A stretch of DNA of 64,000 nt from Paecilomyces variotii (taxonomy: Eukaryota): NCBI GenBank assembly GCA_004022145.1, contig RCNU01000012.1; one strand, given 5' to 3'. Below the pieces are notes generated by a model. The model worked only from the letters and a program-made list of their open reading frames with translations. It was not told the DNA's origin and searched no databases. Positions 1 to 14,907 of this stretch are shown piece by piece. Made by a program: the position numbers and the translations under genes. How positions within the stretch are numbered: position 1 is the first letter of the stretch; each line of letters opens with the position of its first letter.

Positions 1-129
1 CTGAGTTGGTTACGTGCCTTTTCTTTCTGTCAGCGGCCTTTGCTTCCAGGGCCCCTTTGGAACGGTTATACGTCTTATCTTGGCCTTATACTAGAATCAA
101 CCCCTTAGCTGGGTTAACCCAATATCAAA

Positions 130-1241
130 ATGACCATCACAGGGTATGGCTCCTTCCCTGCGTCCATCTTCATACTACGATCATGTTTCTGAGCAATTCA
201 ACTAACCATCGCTACAGGGTTTTCTTTATCCCCTCAAACCCCAATGCTCCCAGCGCTCTTCCAATACTGACGGAGCGTCTGCGCTCCGTCTTCGCGGAGG
301 AGCCTATCCCTATAGGCCGCTGGGCCCTGGAACACAAACTGATGCGTGACACGCCTTCCTGTCTACCAGCTTCAGCCCACGCTCCAAACCCCGTTCCGAA
401 ACCGAAATATATGCAATTTCTCTCCCTCACCCACTACCCGAATCACGGATTCATATATGCTTCCGAAGCAACGGACCTACCTCAGGCATCTGTGGCAGCA
501 GGCGGAAGTCACAGACAGACTCCTTTGCTGGGGACGATATCTGCTGCAGCTGGGCCGCCACAAGCGCAAGCGCAATCACCGACAGCCGCAGCAGGAGGCG
601 CTGCGCCGTCGTCCAACGCATCCCAGTCCGGCATGATAATGCGTACTGTCCCTCTCTCTTCCTATGGTCCGCTCTTCCAGCATTTCATGCGCGCCTGCGA
701 ACCTTTCTGGAACCATCGACACACCGTCACCGTCCCAGCTGGGGTCGTCTACGACATCGGTGATTTTCGCCTCCGCATAGGTGATGTACGGCAGACATTT
801 CCCCAAGCACGAGCACGGGGCACAGTCGTGGAGGTGGAATGGAAAGGTCCATCACCATTAACCTCCTCCTCCTCCTCATCCCCTGCCAACTTCAACGAAG
901 ACGGCTCATCCGATTCCGGCATCGACGTCACGACAGAACCGCTCGACGACTCCGAAATCGACGCCGAATATGCTCTTGTCGCGCAGCTCATCCGAGATTT
1001 CTGGTCCCAGCTAGGCATCGAAGGGGCCAGAGAAGCCATTCTCGTTCCTGACGTGGGCAAGGAGATTAAAGAACAGCACCGCAGGCGCAGAGCTGGTGAG
1101 AACTTGAAAAGAAAGAAACCCCGCACCCACGACGACGACGAAGAAGGATGGGGATGGTGGGATATAGAAGAGGATAAGAACCCGGATGCAGGTGTCGATC
1201 TGGCGAGGCAGTATATGGAGATATACAGGTTCAATCGATGA
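130..1241 (+). CDS. MED20: Mediator complex subunit Med20
   Basis: ATG at 130 plus intron 144-217 (GTATGG...ACTAAC...CAG) gives MTITGVFFIP..., then a continuous frame to TGA 1239-1241. W.LEH.L.RD, YDIGDFRLRIGDVRQ, GTVVEVEW and DLARQYMEI.RF motifs resemble fungal Med20. Confidence 0.8.
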
Positions 1242-2073
1242 CGTGGCTTTGCCTTTTTCTTTCTTTCTTTCTTTTTTTCTTTTTGTTTAGATGGGAACTG
1301 TTGGAAAGTTAAGAACTAAAGTACCATGTGGGACATTTCCTATATATACGGCTGTATTATTGTTGTTGTGTGAAGCGTTGTATGTATGTTGCATTTGCAT
1401 AGCGAATTGTTGGTGTTTGCAGATTTAGAGAAGAAAAAAAGGACATAATATTTGCCTTCTCTGTGTACTTCCTGACCCTTTCTTCAGATAAGTGCGTAAC
1501 AGCAGTGATACATTTTGGAGACCGCACGGATAAGCAAGAGTTCAACAGATGTTCTATCGATCGTTATCTATAAGATAAACCGTCAAAGCAGATCTCAGGA
1601 ACAAATAATATCATTTGATTGCCCAGAATTTGCAAGTCATCTTTGGGTCATATCCATCATCTCCAACCGCGTCTGGCTACGAACAAGATCCAATGGGGCC
1701 CGATGGGAAACTGAGGAAAGATCACTGGGATAGGTTGAGAATTCGATAGACTTGGAACAACAGTATATGATCGGCCACTCAAGCGGGATTGACGAGGGTT
1801 CGTGCACAGGCAAGGAAAATAATTAAAGGGACCTTCTCTACTTCGCTACCGGCATCTCATAACACCCTCAACTGGCGGCCCACACACCGTCCATTTCCAC
1901 TCTTTTCTCCCTCGCGAGACAAAACAGGAGCGATATACAAACCACGCTTGCACCATGAATCAACGGCTATGTAGCTCTGAAACGAAAACCCGGGTCCGGC
2001 CGAGAAAGGACGTTTTTACTGGATGCCACTGCCACGTTCCTGCAACGGAATCCAGATAGGGGTATTGGGAAGT

Positions 2074-3011
<938 letters not shown>

Positions 3012-4616
3012 GGTGACGGTGTTGAGGTGAGTGCGATGCGAAAGAACAGGAGGAAGAGAAATCGAAATCGATACAGAACAGACAGGAAGACCGTGGTGTG
3101 GGGGAGATTCAGGAGAAGCGAAGTGGTGACGGTCAAGGCTTAAGGGGACGCCAGATGGAGATGAAGCCTGAGAAGGGGTCGCTTGTGGAAAAACGTGACC
3201 GCGATTGGCCTTGGTCTCCAGCTTGTCTGGCCGAAACTTCACGCCAGAACGGACCGGACCAGACAAAGCTGACGATGACGACGCCCTAGCCACAGGGCAA
3301 AAGCCATTCCAGTGTTCCCTGGATAGGGCTCTTGTTACGGAGTTCCAAGATCCAGATTAGCCGTCGTTCTGCCGTCGATCGTTGCGGTGTATACCATATT
3401 CCTACTCTCTATCACTGCGCTACCTTCTAGGGACCCAGAGAACCAGCCTTGTTGACGCCTGCAACGCCTGCAGGGCCTGCCAGAAGCCCCAGTTCACAAC
3501 TGTGGCTGTTATGTGCAGTGGGGCAAGCTTAAGCGGATATCAGATCTGAACGGCTCTGCCCAGTCTTGAATATCTCACTACCGCTGCTAGCTTGCTGCAC
3601 CGAATCCTCATCCTCACCCTGTTTGGGTTGATATGCGCTGTCACCAGGTGTCAAGTCCTTACATATGCAGAAACCTATCGCGCACTTTCTCCTTGGCTTC
3701 TGCGACGTCTAGAACACTACAAAGAGTACACCGGCTGGATGCGCGATAGCTAGATCCATCGTAAGTTAGCTACCTGGATTCTTCAGAGATTCGATGATGA
3801 TAGTTAATAATGCACCCTAGATAGTTAGTTATAGGAGCCGCTAGATCAGATAAATAAAATAATACACTGTAATAAGATGGCTTTTCGAATATTGCACTAG
3901 AGCCCCCTGTTCTATAAATGGATGAAGCATAGCAACGAGATTGCCGAAGAAACACCCCAGAGTTTGCCATTTATTGCCCAGCAAATAGTGTACGGAGTAT
4001 AGATAGTATTTAAGCCAAATATAGGCATCCGTGCTGGCGCGCCTATTCTAAGTTTATCCTTTCTAGTTTCCCCTTAATAAAACAAATAATATTGGAGTTT
4101 TCGAGAGGATGCTGCTCTGGAAGGAATGATGACAACATGGCTCAACTAGCCACAATACTATGCCTCAAGAGTCACGGGCTAGCACATCATTGGGGCGCAA
4201 CTCATCCTCGACGAAAGGCAACAGTTAGGTTCTAAGAATGGCCATTGTTGTTGTTGATAATTCTGCCAATCTGTCAAGTTCCAGGATCACGGATAGCCAA
4301 GTCGCCCTAACCAAAAGCGGATGACGACCAAGTTGCCCCGGGTTCAAGAGCTGGACTTCACATGGCGCGGACCGGAGATTGACTGATTGATACAATACTT
4401 TGTCGATACACACAGGAACTGGTTCTGTGGCTGGCAGGATTGTTGACTGTCTCTTCCTGATTAATTACAAAAAGGAGAAAACATAACCTAATACACCGTG
4501 ATCCTCTAATCCGGGATCTGGATTACGTCGATGATGATACGGTGATTGCGGAGCCGAGCTAGCATTCACGAACGCTTGCCGTATACCCTCCTCTTCCTTG
4601 TCGCATCACAATCACA

Positions 4617-5960
4617 ATGTGGCGGGACCGCACAAACCTGTGAGTGGCCTTGGAGATTTGACTTTTTTTTTCGTGTTTGCGCCGTTCTAAGAGAATATAA
4701 TCTACTAGCTACATATCGTATCGCCAGTCATTTGCGCATCACCCGACAAAGAAGCCACGTTTTCTGGGACCTCCCAATGGCTTCGACGACAGAGCGTCTA
4801 TATCGGAGGAGAGGCGCGGGCTGATCTCTAGTGGTATCGAAGATGACGGCGATGCAATTATCGAGATGGACCTCCTGCCGCCGCGCTGGATCGATGTGCA
4901 GGATGAGGTCACGGAGCTGTTGGCCGATATCGCGCAGAAGTCTGCGCGACTAGATAAACTGCACCAGAAGCATCTATTACCAGGTTTCGGGGATGAGGAA
5001 GCTCGGAAGGAGGAAGAGAGCGTCATTGAGCAGTTGACGCAGGACATCACGCGCGGGTTTCACGAATGCCAGAAGGCCGTACAGCGGATCGAGAGGATGG
5101 TTCAGGAAGCGAGGCAGCAGGGAGGGGTGAGCAAGGGCGATGAAACAATGGCCAAGAATATCCAAATCTCTCTGGCAGCAAGAGTTCAAGAAGCTAGTGC
5201 AGGATTCAGAAAGAAACAGAGCACGTACTTGAAGAGTAGGGCGGCCCCCGCGTTTTTTCAAGGATAACGCTTTTTGCTAACGCTGCGCAGAGCTGCGAGG
5301 GCTGGAAGGAATGGCTGCTCCCTTCGAGCGGGCCCCGACACCGATACAGAATCCATATACAGACCCGTCACTGATGGAGTCTGATGCGGACAAGTCCTTT
5401 TCGCAATCCACTCTTCAGCAAACGTCGCAGAAGCTTGTGGGAGGACAAAATGATGCCGTCATAGCTCAGAGAGAACGCGAAATTAACGATATTGCGAAAG
5501 GCATCATCGAGCTTTCGGATATATTCCGTGAACTACAGACCATGATCATCGACCAAGGCACCATGCTTGATCGAATAGACTATAATGTCGAGAGGATGGG
5601 CACAGAAGTAAAGGCAGCGGACAAGGAACTCAAAGTGGTATGTTCATACTCAACTGAATACCGACATGTCGATATCGTTGCTAATCAAACCAGGCAACGA
5701 ACTATCAACGCCGCACCACAAAACGCAAAATCCTACTCCTCCTTGTGCTCCTCGTAGTAGGCATGTTCATCCTCCTACTCGTCAAACCAAAACGACACGA
5801 CTCCCCCGCACCGTCTCCGCCTGCTTCTGAAAATCCGCAATTGTCACGTCGAACCCTTCTAGCCTTCGACTCAGGGAAAACAATTCATCATTGGAAACGA
5901 CACCCTTCCATGAACCGACTCCTGAGAGACGTATGGAGTGACCCAGATATACGTTTCTAA
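4617..5960 (+). CDS. TLG2: Syntaxin-16-like t-SNARE Tlg2
   Basis: N-peptide MWRDRTNL|YISYRQSF, Habc region LPPRWIDVQDEV, SNARE motif REREINDIAKGIIELSDIFRELQTMIIDQGTMLDRIDYN and a C-terminal TM helix. Three GT-AG introns (starting near 4640, 5236 and 5638). Confidence 0.95.
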
Positions 5961-6585
5961 TGAGAGCCTGTTTTCTTGTCACTACCACTATTACTCTTGC
6001 ACCTACTTCTAGTTATTATGGTGCATGTTTCCACTGGGCCTGGTCTGCTTGCTTTTAGCCCTATGTCATGTTCCTAAAGTCAAACATGCGGGACTCCAGC
6101 TTGCATTGTTTGGTTTGATAGTTTATAATTTCAATGTTAAAGATACCTTTCGAATAGTGTATCATGGTTAAGTCTTATAAACTTTCCTCAAGTCTTTAGG
6201 GGGATAAAAGGAGGGCTAGGGCCTAATCGATATCACTTCCAGATCCATCTGCTAAGAAATATACCTACCAATAGCATTGCTAGTGTCATTCCGAAACCCC
6301 ATTTTTCATTCCTTCACAGAGCCGTACAAGTAATAAATAAGAGCTATGGCAAAGATACAAAGTTGGATATCAAGCAGGAGATCGCTCGTGCAGTACAGGA
6401 GCAGAAAATAATGAGTACGAGAGAGGAGGATTAGATACCCGAAGAGCAAGAAGGCAAAAGATCCGAGAGATTAAAGGACACTGGAGCGTTAAGCTAGTAA
6501 ATAGAAGAGAGGAACGGGATACACTTTGTTTATTAGCGAGTTCTATTCAGCAGGAAGCTGAAGTATCCGAATCGTCAAGCCAACT

Positions 6586-8015
6586 TCAAGGATTGCTCTC
6601 TTGCCGCAGGAGCTCGGCAACGTCTGCGTCCAAGTCTCCACCGGCGAATGCGGCATAGTCATCTTCTCCATGGGTCACCTTCCGCTTCTTTGAGCTGACA
6701 CCGTTAGAGGGACTGCCGGACTGCGGGTTAGAAGGGACAAAGCTTGGTGGCAGCGTCGAGGATCCATCGTCGGACCCCTGGGACTCATTTCCTAGACTCA
6801 TGAAGGGCTGATTCTCGAACTGATCATGAGCCTCAGGTTTCGGAGAGCCCACGGGAGTCAGAGCCTCGACAGGTGGAGGTGTGAGTGCCTCGATTTCCGG
6901 GCGAGGAGGTTCACTTTCCCCTACAGAAGCATCTCCATTCTGCGCAACTGGGGAACTATCGGCCGACAGACCTCGCATGATTCCATCCTCGACCTCACGC
7001 TTCTTAGTTTCCGTCTCTGCCTTCCTCTCAGAGAGTTGTGCCATAACAGATTGCTCCTTCGCAAGCGCCGAACGGTTGGTATCGAGGAGCTTCTCGAGCC
7101 CGTTAATCAACGACTGCCGCGACTTAATGATTTCCGAAACCGAGCTTTCAGCATTGGCGAGAGATTTCAGAAGCTGGCTCAGGCGCGCGGCATGTACTGG
7201 GGGGGTGGGTAGCGGCGTATTGGGGTCGTGCATCTTGTCATACTCGGTGTTTGCCGCTGTGACCGACGCACCAGAAGACATCGTGGCCTTCGAAAGAGCA
7301 ACCTGTAAAGGTGCAAGAGGCTGCAGTTCTGGAGGGATTGAACCGGACGAGCTCGAAAAGAGGGAACCACCAAGCAATGGTTTCTTGCCCGAGGACCGAG
7401 ACTTGTCGAGTTCTTTCGGGAATCAGTTACTGAACAGGAGAAAAGTGACCAAAGAACATACCATCGACGCGAGCTTCCACAGCTTCCTGAATGGGCAGTT
7501 CAAAGATATTTCGTTGTCGCCAAACCTCCACAACACGCCGCAGCTTTTGCTGAATATCATTCGAAGCTCCTTTATACGCAATTGCCGTAGCTTCGGCGAT
7601 TATCTTCACAAGTCAGCTCGTCCATCAGCGTAACATCCATATTTGCACGTACAGGAGAGAATGCAATTAGGAAATCCTCTTTCCGTCGCACTTTGGACTG
7701 CTGAGCGACCTCTGCGAATAAAGTCAGCTGAACAGAGCTCTATGCGTGTGCTTGAAGTGTCCAACCATTTGCCAGGTATATCAGGTTGAGTCGCTTCCCC
7801 GCTGGTGATTCCCGCAGCTTTTGGAGCCAAAGCTGTGCAGTGCGATCCGCATGACGCCTGTGTCGAATCTCCCGGTCAGAGATATCATAAGATTGCGCGC
7901 GACGTAGTTGACTCTACCTGTGGAACATGACCCATTGCGCGACGGTGACGATACCCTCCTGAGTCTCGTTGAGGGCAGAGAGTTTCGCCTTGACGGCATC
8001 ATCCGTATACGCCAT
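6586..8015 (-). CDS. RTT103: CTD-interacting (CID/RPR) domain protein, Rtt103-like
   Basis: The spliced N-terminus MAYTDDAVKAKLSALNETQEGIVTVAQWVMFHRRHA...KRLNLIYLANEVAQQSK...LRRVVEVWRQRNIF is a CID domain. A coiled coil and low-complexity tail follow. Four introns. Confidence 0.9.
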
Positions 8016-8484
8016 GGCTGATAGATAGGTTTAAAGACAGTTATGGATGCTTTCCTGCGAAATGATGCGATACAGCAGGAATCCTGAGGAGCTGGGTCGC
8101 TGGTAGTCAAGCCTCCGAGCGGAGTAAGGTTGTACTGAGCTAAAGAGTGGGAACTCGGACGTGGATACAGAGGAATAAATGAGAGTCCGTAGCAACAGCG
8201 TCCTCAGAGATGGGAGATTCCGCACATAGGCCTACGCGATCACTTGTAGTTGTAGGAACTGGAAGCCCGCCAGTGGTCCAGACTTCAACAACAAAAAGCT
8301 CCGAGGGCGGGTTGACCGCCTTCGATGGCAGAATCCCCAGTGCCCCGGAGCGGCTCGCATCACTGTGGTTGTGCCAGCTGGAGCTTTGTCTCCCATTCTG
8401 TTTCATTCCAACCTCAACTTTGAGTGATTACGGCGGCCTCCTTCAAACACCTTCGTTTAAGCCGATTGACGCTATCATCCCACC

Positions 8485-9461
8485 ATGGCCGATCGATTCC
8501 CCTCGTTGGAGGACTTCTCTGCGGGTTCGTTTATACCCCCGTGCCTGCCCTCCGTCCCCTAAGATTAACTAACGGTGTTCCTAGGCCAAACAGATGTGGT
8601 CGAGACCAACGGCGCAGACAACGCTGACGACTTTCTCGCTCGCGAGCGTGCTCTCCTAGGAGAGGATGCAGAACAATTCGCTACTCCCAATGATGCTACT
8701 GCGGCTGCAGGAGCAATTGTTGCGGATGACGACGACCTGATCGGTGGAGACCTCCCGCAAGGCGGCCCTTCAGAAGAGATCCCCGGCTTCGAATCATCCT
8801 TTCCCGCCATAGAAACACAGAATGAGGTATGGAAACTACTGGTGGTAATGGACCTTGCGATGATAAGTTTGACTGATTGGTTTCACGTATATAGCAAGTC
8901 GCCCCCGGTGGTACCATCACTGGAACCGGCGCGCCCTTCCCAGCGACCGGATACTCAAGCTACAAAGAGCCAGAGGAGGAACCCGAGCCTGTCCGGTATG
9001 TCGCGATCCACAGACATCCCTCACTTTGCACCATGCGTCACATGCTGTGAAAGAGCACCCGGCTTAGGAAGTTCCGCGCTGTCATTCTTGGCTAACCCTC
9101 TTAATATAGGGAATGGCGTGAGAGACGTGATGCAGACATCGCCCGCCGTGCTGAACTCGCCGAAGAGAAGAAGGCTGCTACAATCAAGAAGGCCCAGGAG
9201 GACATTGATGACTTCTACGTTTCATACGGTAACAAGGCCGACAAGCTCCGCGCCCAGACTGCGTCTGAAGCGGAACAGTTCCTCGCCAGTCGTGAGGATA
9301 CCGCTTCAGGGGGTACCAGCTGGGAGCGGATCGCCAAGCTGGTCGATGTGTCTGGAAAAGGCAGCAGGGGAGGTGCCAGTGGCTCTGGGAAGGAGCGGTT
9401 CCGCGAGCTGTTGCTTGATCTGAGGAAAGACCAGAATGCTCCTGGGGCCAGCGGAGTCTAA
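8485..9461 (+). CDS. CLC1: Clathrin light chain
   Basis: MADRFPSLEDF..., DFLARERALLGEDA, EPEPVREWRERR, GTSWERIAKLVD and RFRELLLDL.KD.NAPG motifs. Three introns; stop TAA 9459-9461. Confidence 0.95.
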
Positions 9462-10309
9462 GCGTGAAGGTGCTAGATGACGGAGAGATTGTGGTGAGGA
9501 AATAGATGAAAGGCGGTGCCGCGAATGTTGCAAGGGGATTGAAATCGTCTTGAAGACAAATGAACTGCGGAGCGCGAAACTCTTCTCGAAGAAGTTATGT
9601 ATGTGTATGGAGTCACACGGCGCCGATTGAGCGAACTGCGGGTACTGTTCTCTCTCTCGCCTCCTTCCCCCATGATATCATGTTTCGACTTCCTCTCCAT
9701 TTGCATCAAATAGTTCTCTAGAGCGGTCTTGGTGGGGGGGTAGGGGCAGTTTGACACGGTGCTACATTTGTCTCGGGTCCCTTAATAACCCGGGTTCCTT
9801 TATGCTGGTTTTTGCTTCTATTCTTTCCGATTTCCCCCGCATGTTGTTAACAGCCGTTTCTATTCTCTTTTTATTCCTTTAGATAATTAAGGCATTAAAT
9901 CTTCCACTGAGGAAACTTAAGCTGATACCTCTATGTATGTACATGCTCATAAATGTGTGATGGGGAATCTGTATCTGTTACTTTCTATTTGGGTCCATCC
10001 ATTGTAGAATTAGGATTCGCTGATGAAGACATGAGCGACTGACATCTTTATGTCAGTGATTTTTCGATGGCTTCAATAATCTATTTCAGGCGCTCTATCC
10101 TTTGCTATACATTACGGTAGCTATCCTTTGAATACGGGTTTAGTGGAAGAATACACAAGTGAACTTTTATTGTGATTAGAGGCATTAACTACCAGATATC
10201 ACTAGAAGAGTGAAATGCGCCTTTGGAAGATGCAGACATGGAGTTGAGTGAAGGATGCAATGCAAAGGAAAGTACCAAAGAAGGGGTAGACCTGAAGGGG
10301 ATAGCCCCC

Positions 10310-11843
10310 TCAATCCAGGACATCTCCAGGCTCACCGATGTCCTCCTCCACGATCCTCTCCCTTCTGCCTTCAGCCTCGATTTCTTCCAATTTCTTCTTG
10401 CCCTCTTCTGTCGTTGCATCCACAATGCCTTCTTCAAGGCTAAGCATGCCGCCTTGGCCCAGCTTCTCGACGATGTCTTCGGCTACGTCCACTTTCATGT
10501 TTCCAAGGACCTTGTTTACCTCGTCTAGGGATTCAGATTCCAGTGCCTTTTGTAGATCAGGCGGGAAAGAGTCGAAGATCTTGCGTGCCTCGATCTCGGC
10601 GGGATCACTGCTATCTGCAGGAGGGATGCTGATGTTAATCTTGGTGTTAGGGTCCACAGCATGTAGTTGGATCTGCTCGACACCGGCAGGGTCATTCTCT
10701 GGGGAGCTGTTCTTAGCAAGTTCGGCCGCACGAATCTTGATCTTGTTGTATGTCTCGTTGACGTCGTTTCTGAAGAGAGTTGATGCCTGGTGGTCCTTTG
10801 TCGTAATCCTGCAAGAACTGTCAGATGATGTCTCCATATGTCAACATCAAAGGCATTATTATAGCTTACCGTTTAAAGAACAACGATACTCCATCCCGTC
10901 CTAGTGAGCGGCAGTACTGCAGGAGCAGGCCATGATGCACACACCGGCGAGCGTACTCATCTTTTCCAGCCATCTGACTATTGAATGCCTCGACTAGTAG
11001 GCCATCTGTAGTCTTCTCGGCGACAATTTCTGGATGCTCTGAAATGAACTGGAGGAGACCTTTGTAGTCACCAATGCTGATCTGCGCGAACTTCTTTCCA
11101 AGAGGAGTGAGCTTCGGCTCCTCCTCATCCTCTTCATCCTCAACATCAGCTTCCGTGCCTGATGCCGATGCCCCATCCTTCTTCGCGGTGGGTGCGTTCA
11201 ACAATTCGACAGTTTCAGTCTTAGGCTGTGCTTTCTGCTTGCCTTTATCGGTCGACTTCGCAACGAACGTACTGTCGAAGCCGGTGTGGATATCCTCGCT
11301 TGTGATCTTGCTCTTCTCCTCCTTCTCCAGCTGAGCTAGTTTCTCGAGCAACTCCTTCTGCAACGACTGTACTTTCTCCTTGTGGCCTTCGACCCCATTG
11401 ATGTACCCTTGGAATACATTTTCCGGTTTCTTCTCTTCAACCTCTTTCTTCACCTGGTCCACGAGGGAACCCATCATCTGAGAATATTTTGGCTGCTCCT
11501 TCTGCTGGGTGTAGACACCCTCTGGAGGAGCTGGAGGCGTATCATCCTTTGGATCGCCGGTCGACTCGATCAGGGCCTGGAAGACGAGCTCCTCTGGATT
11601 ACGCGCTGAGTCTTCATGCTTGCGCAAGGCAGCGAGAAGGGAATCAATGCGCGCCAATAGGCCATCGTTAATAATGCGCTCATATTTGAGTGTTTCGATC
11701 TCATGACGACGCTGCATGCGCTGCTGGTGGATCTGAGCCTGTTTTGCTCGAATAAACGAACGCTTGTCGACATTGGGGTGGACTTCAATATCCGAGTCAT
11801 CAGACAATTCCAGAGCATCCCATTTACTGTAATCGAGCACCAT
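10310..11843 (-). CDS. CDC37: Hsp90 co-chaperone Cdc37
   Basis: Starts MVLDYSKWDALELSDDSDIEVHPNVDKRSFIRAKQ (Cdc37 N-terminal signature). One intron near 10810-10869; C-terminal FDSFPPDLQKALES.SLDEVNKVLG. Confidence 0.97.
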
Positions 11844-12412
11844 TTTTGCGGGTGTGTTGCAGTAAACAAACGGGGATAGATTCCGTAGATGCGTATGGAG
11901 GGGCAATAGAGTCGGTGGGGTAAGTACAGAGTAGTACTTGAGCTCGTGCCGGAGAACAGCGACAGCGAGAAGCTAGTCAGCTAGTTATCTGGGGAGCTTA
12001 GTATTAGGGCAGCTGTGGTGAGCACGGTGAAGGTCGGATATAACAGAAGCTACCGCGTTCAATGTTGATATAGCTGGGGGTTCGCCTAGAAGCATCTCGA
12101 CACTCTCGATCACCTTCCACGGCGATGACCGTAACAGCAGGCGGTAAGAGTCGGCAGAACTGCGGTCTTTCCGTCACAGCCCGAGGTCGGCAGGCCGAGC
12201 GGACGAATCCGTTCTGCCGCCTGTGATGCATTTGACTCGCAAAAGGCTGGCGAACTTCGGACTTGCAACCACATCGGCCTTTTTTGGTGCAGCAATTGAG
12301 TGCCAATGCCATGGGAAATACTCGCCTAGTGTGTGAATACTGTGATATGGCCCCCTGCTGTTACATCTCCTCTCCCTTCTGAAAGGCCATTTCAGTCCCG
12401 CAGTCTGACGCC

Positions 12413-14907
12413 ATGCGCAGCTCAAAGCTGCTGGCGTCCTGGACGCCCAAGTTGGTCTGCAGGCAGCTCTCTGAGTCTCGCCCAGGCGTTCTGGCTGATC
12501 TATATCCTAATGCCTATGCGCCGCTTTTCCAGCCCAGAGCTGGCCCGACACGACTATATTCGAATATCCCGGCTCAGGTCCATACCAACAACGTCATCTC
12601 TTCTCTCACCGGATATCGCTCTCCTCTACATGCACGGTCACCTCTGACTTCTTTCGGAACTACTCAGCAAACACGGTCCTTCTTCGTAACTCCTCGATTG
12701 TTCGATGCCAAAGCGCAGACGTCGCAGAATTCTACTGAACCGCTAAAGGATGATCCTCGAAAGGCTGCCCAAGAGAGCGAAGGCGAAGAAATCGACAAAG
12801 GGTTCGAGCTATCAGAAAAAGCCGCTCAGGCTTCTCAGATCAACCTGAGTGCGAAGCTGGCGAGCGATGGTCTACGAGGGAAGAAGGCTGGGTTTGGGGA
12901 GATATGGAGGTTGATCAAGATCGCGCGGCCTGAAGCCAAGGTCCTGTCGGTGGCATTTTTCCTGCTTTTAATATCTTCTGCCATTACCATGTCGATTCCT
13001 TTCTCTATTGGAAAGCTTATGGATGCGGCAACGAAGAGTGCTGCCGAGGGTGGAAATGAGCTCTTCGGTCTGAGTCTCCCCGTGTTCTACGGAGCTTTGG
13101 CTGGCGTTCTCGCTTTGGGTGCCGCTGCCAACTATGGTAGGATTGTCATTCTCAGAATCGTCGGTGAACGGATCGTGTCGAGGTTACGCTCAAAGCTCTT
13201 CCGCCGTACGTTTGTTCAGGATGCGGAGTTCTTCGATGCTAATCGGGTTGGTGATCTGATCTCTCGCCTGAGCTCGGATACGATCATTGTCGGCAAAAGT
13301 ATCACCCAAAACCTTTCCGATGGTCTACGCGCAGCTGTTAGCGGTGTCGCAGGTTTTGGACTGATGGCGTATGTCAGTCTGAAACTGTCCAGTATCTTAG
13401 TACTGCTGCTTCCTCCCGTCGGACTTGGAGCGTTCTTCTATGGCCGGGCCATCCGAAACTTGAGTCGCAAGATCCAGAAGAACCTAGGTTCACTGACCAA
13501 GATCGCGGAGGAACGACTCGGAAATGTGAAGACTAGTCAGTCTTTCGCCGCTGAGATCCAAGAAGTCCACCGATACAACACCCAAGTGAGGAAGATCTTC
13601 GACCTTGGTAAAAAGGAGTCATTGATCAGCGCTACCTTCTTCAGTACTGTGAGTGTTTTATACCGCGTGATTTGTAGCCATCCATGTGCTGACTCTTTTC
13701 AAGACTGGACTCATGGGTAATATGACTATCCTGGCCCTCTTGTATGTTGGAGGTGGTATGGTCAAATCGGGCGCCATCTCTCTTGGAGACCTAACGTCAT
13801 TCCTCATGTACACAGCATACGCTGGATCCAGCATGTTTGGCCTTTCTAGCTTCTACTCTGAGTTGATGAAAGGTGTTGGTGCTGCAAGCCGCTTGTTCGA
13901 ACTGCAGGATCGAGAGCCGAAGATATCCCCGACGAAGGGTGAGAAAGTCACCTCTGCGCGTGGCCCGATTCGGTTTGAGAATGTGTCTTTTAGTTACCCC
14001 ACGCGACCTGCCGTCACTATTTTCAAGGACCTCAATTTTGAGATTCCACAGGGAACAAATGTCGCTGTGGTTGGACCTTCTGGAGGAGGAAAATCGACTA
14101 TTGCATCCCTGCTCTTGCGGTTCTACAACCCCACTAAGGGCAGGATTTTGATCGATGGCAAGGATATCAGCAAATTTAATGCCAAATCCCTTCGACGAAA
14201 GATCGGCATTGTTGCACAGGAGCCAGTCCTCTTTTCTGGAACGATTGCAGAGAACATTGCGTATGGAAACTCCAAGGCCACCAGGGCAGAGATTATTGCT
14301 GCAGCACGCAAGGCGAACTGCACGTTCATTAGCGATTTCGTAAGTCTAAGTGGATCTAACTATTTCCTGTGAAGAAGAAAGCTAATCCTTGGAATAGCCT
14401 GATGGTCTAGATACACATGTTGGAGCTCGTGGTGCACAACTGTCTGGTGGTCAGAAGCAACGCATTGCCATTGCGCGTGCCTTGGTGAAGGATCCAGATA
14501 TCTTGATTCTTGACGAAGCGACATCTGCACTAGATGCGGAGTCCGAAACACTCGTGAATAGTGCACTCGCCGCTTTGCTTCGTGGTAACAATACTACGAT
14601 CAGTATCGCTCACCGTCTCTCCACCATCAAGCGCTCCGATACGATCATTGTCCTAGGACCAGATGGAAAGGTTGCTGAGCAAGGCACCTACCAGGAGCTG
14701 AGCTCTCGACCAGACGGTGCGTTTACAAAGCTGATGGAATGGCAGATGAGTGGCGGTGATACGTCACCGCAGCCACCCAGCAAGCAGCGCGGCCCTCCGT
14801 CCGAGGAGCATTTAGAAGAAGAGCTCCATGAAGATGAAGGAGAGGAGCAAGATAAAAACGAACCTAATGAGGAGACAAGAAAGGAGAAGCAAGATTCCCA
14901 GGCCTAA
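12413..14907 (+). CDS. MDL2: Mitochondrial half-size ABC-B transporter (Mdl1/Mdl2, Aspergillus Mdr2 type)
   Basis: Arg/Ser-rich presequence, ABC-B TM domain ([17 protein letters not shown]), Walker [24 protein letters not shown] signature and Walker [13 protein letters not shown]. Two introns. Confidence 0.88.

Noticed and set aside
6..129. N-terminal extensions in the ORF track for Med20 (from 6), Cdc37 (11906), Arp1 (47210) and the Par32-like gene (35705)
   Set aside because: They start at non-ATG codons or run through introns or UTRs. The conserved N-termini begin at 130, 11843, 47084 and 35831.
6826..7633. Long antisense ORFs (e.g. 6881-7633, 10338-10904, 28317-28913, 42624-43127, 49254-49736)
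   Set aside because: They are shadow frames opposite real genes, with Ser-rich translations typical of the reverse complement of coding DNA.
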